A stretch of 63,355 nucleotides of DNA. It comes from Candidatus Eiseniibacteriota bacterium (lineage in GTDB: Bacteria; Eisenbacteria; RBG-16-71-46). How positions within the stretch are numbered: position 1 is the stretch's first letter; every line of letters starts with the position of its first letter. The DNA lies in assembly GCA_031364845.1 (NCBI GenBank), contig JANLWX010000033.1:1-63355 (forward strand), in the 5' to 3' direction. Shown here piece by piece: positions 26,901-35,522 of the stretch. The position numbers and the translations under genes are program-made. The notes under the pieces were generated by a model, which was not told the origin of the DNA, did not search any database, and saw only the letters and a list, made by a program, of their open reading frames with translations.

Positions 26901-27325
26901 TCCGCATATTCGCTCGGGTGGGGCCTTGCGCCGACCGTGGAGAACGAACCCAGTACGTTCCCCAGCGTGTCCATGCGCACTACGACATTGCAGCCGATCC
27001 CATGCACGTAGAGCTCATCGTTCGGGCCGAATGCGAGAGTGCTGGCACCCTGCAGGCCATTCGAACAAGCAGATGTCTCGCTGATGGTTCGCACCAGGGA
27101 CCCGGCGGATGAATACACGCTGATCTGCGCGGTGGTGAGGTTGTGGACGTAGACCTCTCCGACGCTCGAGACGGCAATTGATATGGAATAACCCGGGGTC
27201 GCCCATTCCGAAACGGCGTAGGGCGATTGAGCGGCGGCGGGGGTGGCGACGATCAGCAGGGAAACGAGAGCAAGACTGTGGACCCATCGAATCATCGGGC
27301 GGCTCCTTGGTTGACGGTGAACCAT
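23966..27325 (-). CDS. Secreted NHL-type propeller protein with three IGSSGNDG-led domains and a FlgD/T9SS-like C-terminus
   Basis: Signal peptide; IAVDGSGNIY and GLAIDEDGNLW repeats; IGSSGNDG three times; LFDPQGR...SGIYFVRM tail. Confidence 0.88.
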   Translation of the reverse strand: MVHRQPRSRPMIRWVHSLALVSLLIVATPAAAQSPYAVSEWATPGYSISIAVSSVGEVYVHNLTTAQISVYSSAGSLVRTISETSACSNGLQGASTLAFGPNDELYVHGIGCNVVVRMDTLGNVLGSFSTVGARPHPSEYADIAVDGSGNIYLDISQPSQNVAAIAKLSPAGAPMDTIVLDFTYQSGSGLAIDEDGNLWAAGSFLHKIDSNGNLVGSFQYQENSVPVPLYSSYGLACDRAGHVFASDGYTSGSVKVAEITTAGASVRGWAAWTESFPGSHAGIQNDVAATPNGYLYVLEPGRVIRFAMDTTPAASAEFDGITNTATGGALVSTRGDLLVVSNIGSSGNDGVSFPASAPDEGRGIDFHGALPVDPAVDQGGRIVAEMVGTANGDPVSLGRITLDVVANGIDITPDFTDLESSEIHVEAYQGSVRVHSCQVPNASVLHRSGTTLSNEIQAAGDGIGGVDVGLKKKPGGQLQQSIVFSGGKSVNIGGTQVVADKLVFSAASPRQPLTAVTTVLKVKAPATLAAAHPGAVITASNLGEVVIRGEPALVDSMGASSGGIRMEPKGSSSFGGSPTGDGATVVGIGSSGNDGIDVVVDKSTGSSIKFGDRMGFNTATDAGAFLEKRTRGKVGCVPDSTIAVVTETVYPDSIVLRADFSKIGATGVKIAILDQGAVVHAGTYPPTQSVRLVEVLAGPGNSTTAASINTSRSNLKDKASIASSGVKVTTAYKRPGAGTGPQILADPMPFDMMIGATRYQGDEVSFEAVGATLVTEITGTSLRQKNPGVASLDSMRFARGGLDVGSSGATNESKGQAYLTAAGGKLVAHNIGSSGNDGVKVRAEKPSAETLLRLSRIKQASEQAAGARMKLTARGKRTGNPAEQDVLPVQAEKVGSKLRMGPLDLGSHAHRVGSDAAATTTHRLQVLMNGTVVATLDALNPQADFDRMPDQVRHLASGPVFVASWDAPLLISIVGGASAVGNGMRILPLGQPDDVEALSAVDIAAADIPSFEIGDWATPLVGVEPAPGIASRASLKLSRNPVLGGGVLEMSVSIPEAGTVQLDLFDPQGRRMASVFKGRQTAGVTSYRWAPARATSSGIYFVRMKAGGVESSHKVVFVQ

Positions 27326-27620
27326 CGGGTCGCCTCCCTCATATACTCGCGATGCATCCAACATCCGTGCGGGTCGTGGCGGCTCGACTCATCACTTGTC
27401 CAACGGGGGAGCCATGACAATTGGCTTCGCGCGTGTCGAGAGTCAAGGAATCTTTCGTTGGGCCCGGTCACCTACGCCCCGGGAGCGGCGACGGCGGTAC
27501 CCGCGCGGTCCCCGCCCGCAAGGTCGCAGCCCGCACTGTACGGCATCTCCCACAGGCTGCGGACTGGGACTACGAAAAGCCCGTCTCCAAAGCACCCCGC
27601 GACATCGCCTCGTATCAGGC

Positions 27621-27662
27621 CCTCACGCCAGTTGCTTCAGCCCACGAAACTCCGAAGACCCC
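27621..27662. repeat. Dispersed ~42-bp repeat, copy B
   Basis: Matches 156-197; lies just before the truncated DUF4440 relic. Confidence 0.7.
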
Positions 27663-27668
27663 AGCGTG

Positions 27669-27731
27669 ATGTTCGTGAAACGGGGTGGACGCTGGAAGGC
27701 GGTGGGCTGGCAGGCCACGGAGATGCCGTGA
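27669..27731 (+). pseudogene. 3' remnant of a DUF4440 gene
   Basis: MFVKRGGRWKAVGWQATEMP* vs MFLKRGGRWKVVGWQATKMP* at 12666-12728. Confidence 0.85.
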
Positions 27732-27807
27732 ACGACGCGGTCGTCTGAACGCAAGTGGCGCGGCACCGGGATCAGGCGCCGCGCCACGGTTCAGTGTGAG
27801 TTCGCGA

Positions 27808-28404
27808 CTACTTCTTTCGCGAGTACTCCATCGTCATCGTCTTCATTTCCTTTTTGCCACCCGGCGGAACGCCATACATCTCGAAGGTGTGGTGGTCGTC
27901 GTCGACCAGGGTCGTCACCATGCGCGCCTTGGCCGGCTTGCCCGTCATCGGATCCGACATCGATCCGGTCCAGGAAATCACATTGCCGCTGGCGTTCGCA
28001 GTGCCTTCGCTCTTCATGATTCCGGTTCCCATGTTGTCGATCCACGTCGACACGTACTTGCCGATCACGTTGTCGTAGCCGTAGACACCCATGCCCGTGA
28101 AAGGCATGCCCATCATCTCGCCGGATGAGACCTCCTGCACGTAGCGACCGTCCAGCAGGCTCGTGATCGTCGCCGTGGTCTTCGCTTCCTGCCACGGCTG
28201 CGACGGGTCCATCTGGAACTTGGCTGTGCACTCCCAGTCGCCGACCCACTTCTTCATGGCTTCGTGCTGCGGACCCGGCGTGGCGGCCTTCGCCATCTTC
28301 TCCATCATGACCTGCTGTTCGGCATTCATCTTCGGAGCGTCTTCAGCCATGGCAACCGACGAGACGCACAACGCAACCGCGGCAATCGTGAACAGTCTTT
28401 TCAT
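27808..28404 (-). CDS. DUF1579 family secreted protein (intact copy)
   Basis: AGGAGG RBS, signal peptide, PGPQH, G.G.YGYDN...KYVSTWIDNMGT. Confidence 0.92.
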   Translation of the reverse strand: MKRLFTIAAVALCVSSVAMAEDAPKMNAEQQVMMEKMAKAATPGPQHEAMKKWVGDWECTAKFQMDPSQPWQEAKTTATITSLLDGRYVQEVSSGEMMGMPFTGMGVYGYDNVIGKYVSTWIDNMGTGIMKSEGTANASGNVISWTGSMSDPMTGKPAKARMVTTLVDDDHHTFEMYGVPPGGKKEMKTMTMEYSRKK

Positions 28405-28633
28405 CAAAACACCTCCTGTGTGGGGCACCGGTGCGGGAGGCTAGCAAAGCTGAGCCGCAGATGCACGGGCGCTAATCCCTGTGTCGTGCAGCCGGCTGAG
28501 CGCTTCACCGCTCACGAGCGATTTCCCTAGAGCGGAGCTGGGACCAGATCTAGAATCGAGGTGCCGCGTGCTCGTTCTTTGTGGTTCCTGATCGAACTCG
28601 CGAACGCGCTCACAGACCATCAAGGGGGCCGCC

Positions 28634-30961
28634 ATGATGCACTCGCATCGATTGCTTCCGCTCGTTCTCCTCTCGTGTCTGCCGAGCCTCGCGATGGCGA
28701 CGCCTCAGAACGTCACGACGTCTCTTTCGGTATTCGACACTCATACGCCGGGAATCTGGCGCCAGGAAGTGCGCGGGCGCAGCGTCGCCCGCTCGGTTCG
28801 GAACTACAACTGGGTGATCAACCAGCGTTTCTGGCTCGAGCGCTCCGCCGTGGGTGTTTGGGTCTCGGGTCAGGCGCTCGAGAGCTTCACTTGCGTGAGC
28901 AATAGCATCCTGGGGAACCCGAATGGTCCAGGGTTCTGGCGCATCCGGCGCACCTATTACCAGAACGACGTGCGGCGCTTTCGACTCCATTACCGCGTCT
29001 CATGGGTGGGTCATCTGAACACCGTCATCCGTGATTCGATTCCCAGTCCAAGTGAAGTGGATCCGGCGAATTCACGGTTCGCGATGACGATGGATCATCT
29101 CGAAATCGTGCTTCCAGTGGAGCCCACGGATCCCACACAGGACACCGATCCCCCCATCAACGAATTGGTCGAGATCACCGACGAAAACGGGGCCCTGCAT
29201 CTTCTTGGTCAGCCCGGCTTCGAGATGATGCCAGACACGCAGATGAACCCGGGAGGCTACCAACTCGCAACGACGGAACTGTCTACCTTCACCCTGCCAC
29301 CGGCGGCTCAGCGAATCAGCGATCCCGGCATGCCGCCGATGACGGGCCAGGTCGAGATTTCGCCGGGTGTCGTCATCGAGTTCCTGATGGACGTGTTCGG
29401 GAACGTGCAGGTGGATCACGCACCGCCGCCCGGACCGGATGATCCGCTCTCGCCCACGGTGCTCGGGCGCCAGAAGCACCAGGGACTCGTCGGGCAGCCG
29501 TCCCGAATCGACGGCAACGATCTGGCGGTCGACCAGGATGTCGTGCCGCTCCAACTCTATTCCTGGGCGCTCACTGCAATCGGCGAGGTGCTGGGCGCGA
29601 CCTCCGGGCAGAACGTCAGCGGTCCACCCGTGGACCTGGACGCGAATTCTGCGGCCGACAATGCCCTGGGTGCCCCGGTCCCGATGGATCCTACCGTTCG
29701 CGACATCTTCGACATCCGCAATTCCGGCGCTTCGTCGGTGGACGTCGTGATCGATGAAGACGACGACCCCACCGGCCTCGAGTTGAGCAACTACAACGCC
29801 AGGCTGAACGCCGCGGGCCTCGCATCGATGTACCCGCCGTTCAAACTCGGTATCAAGAAGCTCGAGATGCGCCAGACCTGGGGTTTCGACCGGCGCATGG
29901 TGATGGACACGTGGCTTCACCATTGGATATGGAACGCGCAGAGTCGGGTCGTCGTGCGCGCTCGCCCTTATCGCGTGTGTGTCTCAAAGATCGGGTTGTC
30001 GAGCTTTACGAGCGATCACCGAAAGTTTCCGGTCGGCCAGCTTTCACAGTCGTCGAGCTATGGGCTTGTGAATTTGCGATTCTTCCGGCTGTGCTATCGA
30101 ATCTATCGCCCGCATGTGAACGACGTGCGCATCAAGCTCGACCAGCTCTTCATTGTCTTGCCGCTCGACCCGAACAATCCCAATTCGGATCTCATGGCGC
30201 TCACCACGACGAGCGACGAGAACCAGCTCCACCAAACCGTACCGCCCGCCGTGCTCGCCGGGCTCCAGCCGGATCCGCTGGCTTACGACCAGAGCGGGCT
30301 GCTACTGCAACCGCTCGATCCGATCACGGACTGTATGGACGTAGGTGGCGGCGGCACCAACATCTTCGAGGCCGACCTGTCGACGCTCGGGACCTCGCAA
30401 CAAAGCGTGCCCGTGGTCGCGAACGAGGATCTGGCGACCGAACTGCGAAACAACCAGCTGCAGCTCTATTGCTGGATATTGGCGCCGAACGGCACGGTGA
30501 AATCCGAATCCTTCGCCGATCAGGTCCACCCCTCGACGCCAGTGGTGTTCACGATTCCCGGCACGCCCGCGATTCCCTGGTTCCGGGACGCCAACAACCT
30601 TTCCGTGCCGGACCCAACGTTACTCGCGCTACGGTTGAACATCGTGACCGCCGTAGACAGGCCGCAACAGTTCGCGGCGCGCTTGCACCAGAATGTTCCC
30701 AATCCGTTCGGTGGATCGACCAACGTGCGGTTCACGGTGCCGGGTCGTGCGGGTGCCACCGGCGCGTTGCCCGTTCGGCTCTCGATCTTCGACGTACAGG
30801 GTCGCGAGATCACACGGCCCCTCGACGGCCGGCTCGAACCAGGCGACTACACGATTCCTTTGGAACGCAGTGACCTGGGAGGATCGAAATCTGCGGTGTT
30901 CTTCTACCGCCTCGAGGTCGCGGGAGAGAAAATCACACGGAGGTTGGTGACGCTGAAGTGA
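28634..30961 (+). CDS. Secreted hypothetical protein with a two-fold internal repeat and a FlgD/T9SS-like C-terminus
   Basis: Signal peptide; repeats LEIVLP.EP..P...TDEN..LH / LFIVLP.DP..P...SDENQLH and LQLYSW / LQLYCW; QNVPNPF, IFDVQGR, FFYRL. Confidence 0.88.
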   Translation: MMHSHRLLPLVLLSCLPSLAMATPQNVTTSLSVFDTHTPGIWRQEVRGRSVARSVRNYNWVINQRFWLERSAVGVWVSGQALESFTCVSNSILGNPNGPGFWRIRRTYYQNDVRRFRLHYRVSWVGHLNTVIRDSIPSPSEVDPANSRFAMTMDHLEIVLPVEPTDPTQDTDPPINELVEITDENGALHLLGQPGFEMMPDTQMNPGGYQLATTELSTFTLPPAAQRISDPGMPPMTGQVEISPGVVIEFLMDVFGNVQVDHAPPPGPDDPLSPTVLGRQKHQGLVGQPSRIDGNDLAVDQDVVPLQLYSWALTAIGEVLGATSGQNVSGPPVDLDANSAADNALGAPVPMDPTVRDIFDIRNSGASSVDVVIDEDDDPTGLELSNYNARLNAAGLASMYPPFKLGIKKLEMRQTWGFDRRMVMDTWLHHWIWNAQSRVVVRARPYRVCVSKIGLSSFTSDHRKFPVGQLSQSSSYGLVNLRFFRLCYRIYRPHVNDVRIKLDQLFIVLPLDPNNPNSDLMALTTTSDENQLHQTVPPAVLAGLQPDPLAYDQSGLLLQPLDPITDCMDVGGGGTNIFEADLSTLGTSQQSVPVVANEDLATELRNNQLQLYCWILAPNGTVKSESFADQVHPSTPVVFTIPGTPAIPWFRDANNLSVPDPTLLALRLNIVTAVDRPQQFAARLHQNVPNPFGGSTNVRFTVPGRAGATGALPVRLSIFDVQGREITRPLDGRLEPGDYTIPLERSDLGGSKSAVFFYRLEVAGEKITRRLVTLK

Positions 30962-31013
30962 GCATCACCGTGCCCACGCGCCGACGGTTGTCCTAGGGGC
31001 TGATTCCTCGCCA

Positions 31014-31259
31014 CTGCCGGTCCACCATGGCGATCGCCACGCCATCTACGAGTTCATCAACCATGCGTCGAAGGCGCAAAAGATCATCTGGCTCGACCAC
31101 AGTGGTGAGGATCAACTTTACGCGACCCTGCAACCTGGCCGCACGCTGATCCAGCCCACCTATCTCACCCATCCCTGGATGGTGCGGAAGCTAGATGGAG
31201 TGTGCTTCGGCGTCTACATCCCAACGCCAGCGCCGGGCCGAGTCATCCTTCGCGACTGA
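31014..31259 (+). pseudogene. VHL beta-domain-like coding fragment without a canonical start
   Basis: Hand translation YEFINHASKAQKIIWLDHSGEDQLYATLQPGRTLIQPTYLTHPWMVR matches the VHL pattern F.N...W.D..G..Y..L.PG...TY.THPW. Confidence 0.75.
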
Positions 31260-31345
31260 ACCAGCGCGGTGATCCGGCAGCTTCCCTGCCGATTTGGTGG
31301 TTGCCGCGCAGCGTTCGTTGCAAGTGCGGGTGGCCGCGAGCTCGC

Positions 31346-31696
31346 CTAAAGCAGAGACCTTCGCCGGGCGAGTGCCGCTGCCACCAGCGCCCGAACAGGA
31401 GGGCGGCCGGCCTCGGCCAGGGAGCGGATCTTTACGTGACGCAGCCCCTTGCCAGTGCCTTCCAGCAGTTGTTTGGGGTCCGCTAGTACGGCCCCCTGAT
31501 AGAAGCCTAGATTGATGTAGCCGCGCATGGGCATGATGTAGGCGTAGCCGTCGGTCATCTTCTTCGGCCCGACGCCATAGGTGGCGGCGTTGTCGCCGAG
31601 CCGTACGGTTTCAACCGTGTTCACGTCGACGTCCCGGATCATCGCCCGCAAGCTGCGCGCGATGGCGGCGAGGTCGGGCTCGACACCCGCGAGCAA
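31346..31696 (-). CDS. DUF1801 (YdhG-like) protein
   Basis: YINLGFYQGA.L.DP..LLEGTGK.LRHVKI; start may be CTG 31738, which follows GGAGG. Confidence 0.85.
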   Translation of the reverse strand: MLAGVEPDLAAIARSLRAMIRDVDVNTVETVRLGDNAATYGVGPKKMTDGYAYIMPMRGYINLGFYQGAVLADPKQLLEGTGKGLRHVKIRSLAEAGRPPVRALVAAALARRRSLL

Positions 31697-31971
31697 TTCG
31701 TCGAAAGTGCCTTGCGCCGCTTTTGGAAGATGGGCCAGGGGGTTGCCTCCATTTCGGTTTTCCGGCGGAGGGCGGAGCCCCTGCGCTACCAGCGCAGCTG
31801 CGGCGCGAACACCGGATCGGTGGTCATCATCTGTCAGGTGGTACCCTACGGACGTCGATCAGGGTGGCCCCACTGAGGAGATCCGCCCATGATCGGCGTG
31901 GCATCGTCTCGCCTGGGCGGCACTGTCCCACGGGGTGCACCCAGCCGGCGTGAACACAACGAAAGTGGCCC

Positions 31972-32331
31972 ATGAGTCCAAAACCGGAATTGATCCGCGT
32001 CTCGCGACGCGACGACATCGTTCAGGTCGATCTGCTCACGCCCGTGCTGTTCGGCGACGCCGCCATCGAGCGCATGGCGGACGAGGTGGCCGAGATCATC
32101 GATGCCGAAACAATCCCTCTCATCGTGATGAACTTCGAGCACGTTAAATATATCTCCAGCATGATGCTCGGGACGCTGATCGCGTTGTTCAACCGGGTCA
32201 GGGCGCGCGGCGGGCAGCTCCGGCTCGCGGCATTGCGGGAAAGGCACCAACGGCTGCTGGTGTTGGTGCGGCTCGATGGCGTGTTCGAGGTGCATCCCAC
32301 CCCCGAGCAGGCGGCCGCAAGCTTCAAGTGA
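31972..32331 (+). CDS. STAS domain anti-sigma factor antagonist
   Basis: IVMNFEHVKYISS..LG.LI.L....R.RGGQLRL, L.LVRLD.VF. Confidence 0.88.
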   Translation: MSPKPELIRVSRRDDIVQVDLLTPVLFGDAAIERMADEVAEIIDAETIPLIVMNFEHVKYISSMMLGTLIALFNRVRARGGQLRLAALRERHQRLLVLVRLDGVFEVHPTPEQAAASFK

Positions 32332-32503
32332 CCTCGTCAGAGTCCGAGGCACGGGCGCGAGGATCGCGGTCGTGGTGAAGCCGCGGAGACGAGTCGCCTG
32401 AATCGCCGATGCGCCGGGAGACTTCGTGCGCGCTGACGGGGCTCTCTTCCGCGTTCGCAGGACATCGGCGAACACGGCGGTAGCCTGTCGAATGCGCGAG
32501 GTT

Positions 32504-32548
32504 TGGTGCGCCGCCTTGGAATCGAACCAAGAACCTACTGATTAAGAG
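32504..32548 (-). tRNA. 3' half of tRNA-Lys(CTT), att-site remnant 2
   Basis: Minus strand CTCTTAATCAGTAGGTTCTTGGTTCGATTCCAAGGCGGCGCACCA; two substitutions relative to 20382-20426. Confidence 0.9.
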
Positions 32549-32688
32549 ACCCTATCCGCCGTCAGCACGAAGCGATTGTCGCTCAACATATTGCGAAGAA
32601 CCACAAGACGTTGCACGGGTTCAGCTCGGGCATTCTGAGGCGTTCGAAGGCATCCTGTGGAGCGCAAAACGGGACAGGTTGTCCCGCT
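32549..32688. repeat. Integrative-element arm, copy 2 (~140 bp)
   Basis: Shares cagcacgaagcgattgtcgctcaac and an identical 30-mer ggagcgcaaaacgggacaggttgtcccgct with 35556-35681. Confidence 0.9.
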
Positions 32689-32724
32689 CGCTGCGACGTC
32701 GAGACGCCATAGAGAAGTCTGCCC

Positions 32725-32990
32725 GTTCAGCTTCACAAGCCTGCGCGTGAGCACGTTGGAACCGATTCGTAACTGCAACAAGTAGATCCCCCGTAGGAAG
32801 CACGGCCCAAGTCGAACCGTGCCGTGTGACGTCCGGCCGCTCGTAGACCATCCGCGATCGAGACCGCCTCGCGACCAGGCAGGTCGAGTAGACGAAGCTC
32901 CGCGCGGCCATGCCGCGGCTGAGCCCAAGCGATGTCGGTTCTCGTAGAACGGTTTCGGGCGCACCGATTCGATCCGCGGCGGCCAGATTC
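32725..32990 (-). pseudogene. Frameshifted relic of a FlgD/T9SS-like C-terminal domain
   Basis: RPKPF / AELRLLDLPGRE..IADG.R.AGRH / GIYLLQLRIG..VLTRRLVKL spread over several frames. Confidence 0.65.
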
Positions 32991-33532
32991 CGCCCGTGAG
33001 GCGTCGATCCCTGTGGTCGTCGTCACCCCGAGTGCGGCTGTGTGGCTGGTCGCGGGAAGTCGGGCGCCCGGCCCTTCCTCTTACCGGCAGGGATGGAACG
33101 CCGGGTGGTGAGCAGTACCTTCTCTTATGCTCTGAGAGATGGGTGCCCTCGCGTAGGCGACCACGAGACAGCGCGCGGAACGGAATCGGTGACGAAGAGG
33201 AAAAGGACAGTAGTTTGCCGCCGTGAGCCCTCTGACAAGGGGCACCCCCCAGTTGTCCCACTCGCGCCATGAGCTAGATTCACTCGGTGCCGCCGTTGAC
33301 TTCCGGAACTCTGAGCCGCCCCCGCCCGTTTCAGGGTCGTGCCGATTTTTGGGTGCGCGAAATGCGTTGAGTGTGTCTTGAATGGATCCCAACGGGGTCT
33401 CCATCACCTCGACGTTGGAAGGTGTATCCAAACGTCTTAAGCTTCTAGGGTCTTATGCTCCGCTCGCCGAGATCCTTTGCCTAGATCCTTGATACGGGCG
33501 CATCTGTGACCAGGAGTCCAACGGGAGGACTT

Positions 33533-35494
33533 GTGTCGAGAGCTCGCGAACCTAGAGAACACGTTCGGATCTTCGTTGGGTCAACCTTCGAGGACCTGAA
33601 AAACTATCGGAGGGCGGTGAGGGATGCGTTGTCACAGCTCGAGATTATCGTGCGTGGCATGGAGTACTTCGGATCGAGGCCCGGCACTCCTGTTGAAGAG
33701 TGCCTTAAAGCTGTCAGATCCTGCAGGATGTATGTCGGGATCTTCGGCATGCGCTACGGTAGCATTCCCGATGGGCATGAACGCTCAATGACGCATCTCG
33801 AGTATGACGAAGCACAACTAAGACAACTGCCGTCGCTCATATATATTCTTGATGAAGCGCAGCCGCTATTGCCTAAGTACGTGGAAACGGGTCCAGGTGC
33901 CGAGGCGCTACGGTTCCTCAAGGGCCAACTTGCAAAGAGACATGTCGTCAGCAGGTTTACCTCTCCTGAGGATCTCGCGCGACGAGTACTCCATGACGTT
34001 CCTGAAGCCTTACGGAATATCGGCGCGAATCTGGATTGCGCATTCCCCGAACTCGCGCCAGCTGCTGCGGGACCTCAAGACAATAGCCCTGTACTCGTCC
34101 TCGCGAGCACAACTGGAGTGTCGCTGACAATAAACCGGGATTTTTTCAGTTTCGGCGAGGAGGACCAAGCGCACATCTTGCGGCGCATACGAGACATTCT
34201 TGGGGATGAGTTCAGTGGACCTATCCCTGTGCGGAAGAAAGAACCCGGGAGCGTTAGGCTCCTTGTAGAGTTGCCTCCAGAATTTGCGGAGCGACTCGTG
34301 TGGGCTGTACGGCAGGGACGCTTAGATGATTTGCAGGTGGTCACGGCAGATGTGGTCGACATCGAGCCTCTAGGGCGCGGTGAGCAAACTACAGAACCTG
34401 AAGATTACCGCGATGAACTCTCGAATCTAGCCTCGAGAACAGTAGAGGAGTCATCTCGGCAGCCCCCGCTGCCGACGCTAAACCCGCGGCAAACATTCGA
34501 ATCGTTCATCGTCGGGAGCAGCAATCGCTTCGCGCACGCAGCCGCGCTGGCCGTCGCGCAGAGCCCCGGAAGTTTCCAGCTGTTCATATGCGGCGGTATG
34601 GGCCTCGGTAAGACGCACCTACTGCATGCCATAGGAAATGCTGTGCTGCGGTCACACCCCGACGCGCGCGTCCTTTATGTGTCAGGCGAGCGCTTCACGA
34701 ACGAGATGATGTATTCGATCCAACACGCGCAGACCATGGCGTTCCGGAACAAGTACCGGAGTGTCGACCTGCTGCTGATCGACGACATCCAGTGCCTCGC
34801 CGGTAAGGAGAGTATCCAGGAGGAGTGCTTCTACACGTTCAACGCGCTGCGCGACGCCCACAAGCAGGTCGTCGTGACAGCCGACAAGCCGCCTAATGAC
34901 ATCCCGATACTCGAAAACCGGCTGGCATTGCAATTGAATCGCGACTTGATCGCGAACGTGCAGCAGCCTGATCTCGAGATGCGGATCGCGATCCTGCGCA
35001 ACCGCTGCGCCGCCGAGGGTGACAGCGAACGCGTGCCGCCGAACGTGCTGCAGCTGATCGCCGACCGCATCCGCAACGTCCGCGATCTCGAAGGTTGCCT
35101 CGCCCGGCTGCTCGTGATGGCCTCGCTCGTCGAGCGCGACATAACGGTTGACTTGGCGGAGGAGGTGCTGCACGAGTACGTCGACCCGAAGCTTGGTCAC
35201 CTTTCTCCGGAGCGCATCCTGGCGGTAGTGTCCGAGCGGTTCGGGGTCCGAACTGACGCTCTGCGCGGCAAGCGACGCACGCAGGCGGTGGCGCTGCCGC
35301 GACAGGTGGCCATGTATCTGCTGCGCCAACTCACGGATCTGTCGTTGGTGGAAATTGGGCGGCTGCTCGGCGGACGCGACCACACCACGGTGCTCTACGC
35401 GTGTGACAAAGTAGAAGTGATGCTGACAAAGGACAAAGAATTGGCGCAGATCGTGAGTGAGATCACAATCAGTCTCGCGCCACGGGGTTCTTGA
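33533..35494 (+). CDS. DUF4062 (TIR-like) + ~100-aa linker domain + DnaA domains III-IV fusion
   Basis: N-terminus IFVGSTFEDL...GMEYF...G.RYGS...S.THLEYDEA; from ~34478 LNP..TFESFIVG.SN, GLGKTHL, LLLIDDIQ, NVRDLEG, PRQVAMYL, GGRDHTTV; GGGAGG RBS before GTG 33533. Confidence 0.93.
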   Translation: MSRAREPREHVRIFVGSTFEDLKNYRRAVRDALSQLEIIVRGMEYFGSRPGTPVEECLKAVRSCRMYVGIFGMRYGSIPDGHERSMTHLEYDEAQLRQLPSLIYILDEAQPLLPKYVETGPGAEALRFLKGQLAKRHVVSRFTSPEDLARRVLHDVPEALRNIGANLDCAFPELAPAAAGPQDNSPVLVLASTTGVSLTINRDFFSFGEEDQAHILRRIRDILGDEFSGPIPVRKKEPGSVRLLVELPPEFAERLVWAVRQGRLDDLQVVTADVVDIEPLGRGEQTTEPEDYRDELSNLASRTVEESSRQPPLPTLNPRQTFESFIVGSSNRFAHAAALAVAQSPGSFQLFICGGMGLGKTHLLHAIGNAVLRSHPDARVLYVSGERFTNEMMYSIQHAQTMAFRNKYRSVDLLLIDDIQCLAGKESIQEECFYTFNALRDAHKQVVVTADKPPNDIPILENRLALQLNRDLIANVQQPDLEMRIAILRNRCAAEGDSERVPPNVLQLIADRIRNVRDLEGCLARLLVMASLVERDITVDLAEEVLHEYVDPKLGHLSPERILAVVSERFGVRTDALRGKRRTQAVALPRQVAMYLLRQLTDLSLVEIGRLLGGRDHTTVLYACDKVEVMLTKDKELAQIVSEITISLAPRGS

Positions 35495-35522
35495 TGGCCT
35501 GCCAGGGTGCGTCGACGGAAGA

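Noticed and set aside
33290..33530. Possible oriC (DnaA boxes, AGATCCTT direct repeat) upstream of the DnaA-containing gene
   Set aside because: No TTATCCACA-type box with fewer than two mismatches, no AT-rich unwinding element and no dnaN/rpmH synteny
33506..35494. Calling this the housekeeping dnaA
   Set aside because: Domains I-II are replaced by DUF4062, the arginine-finger motif is altered, and the gene sits between att-like repeats
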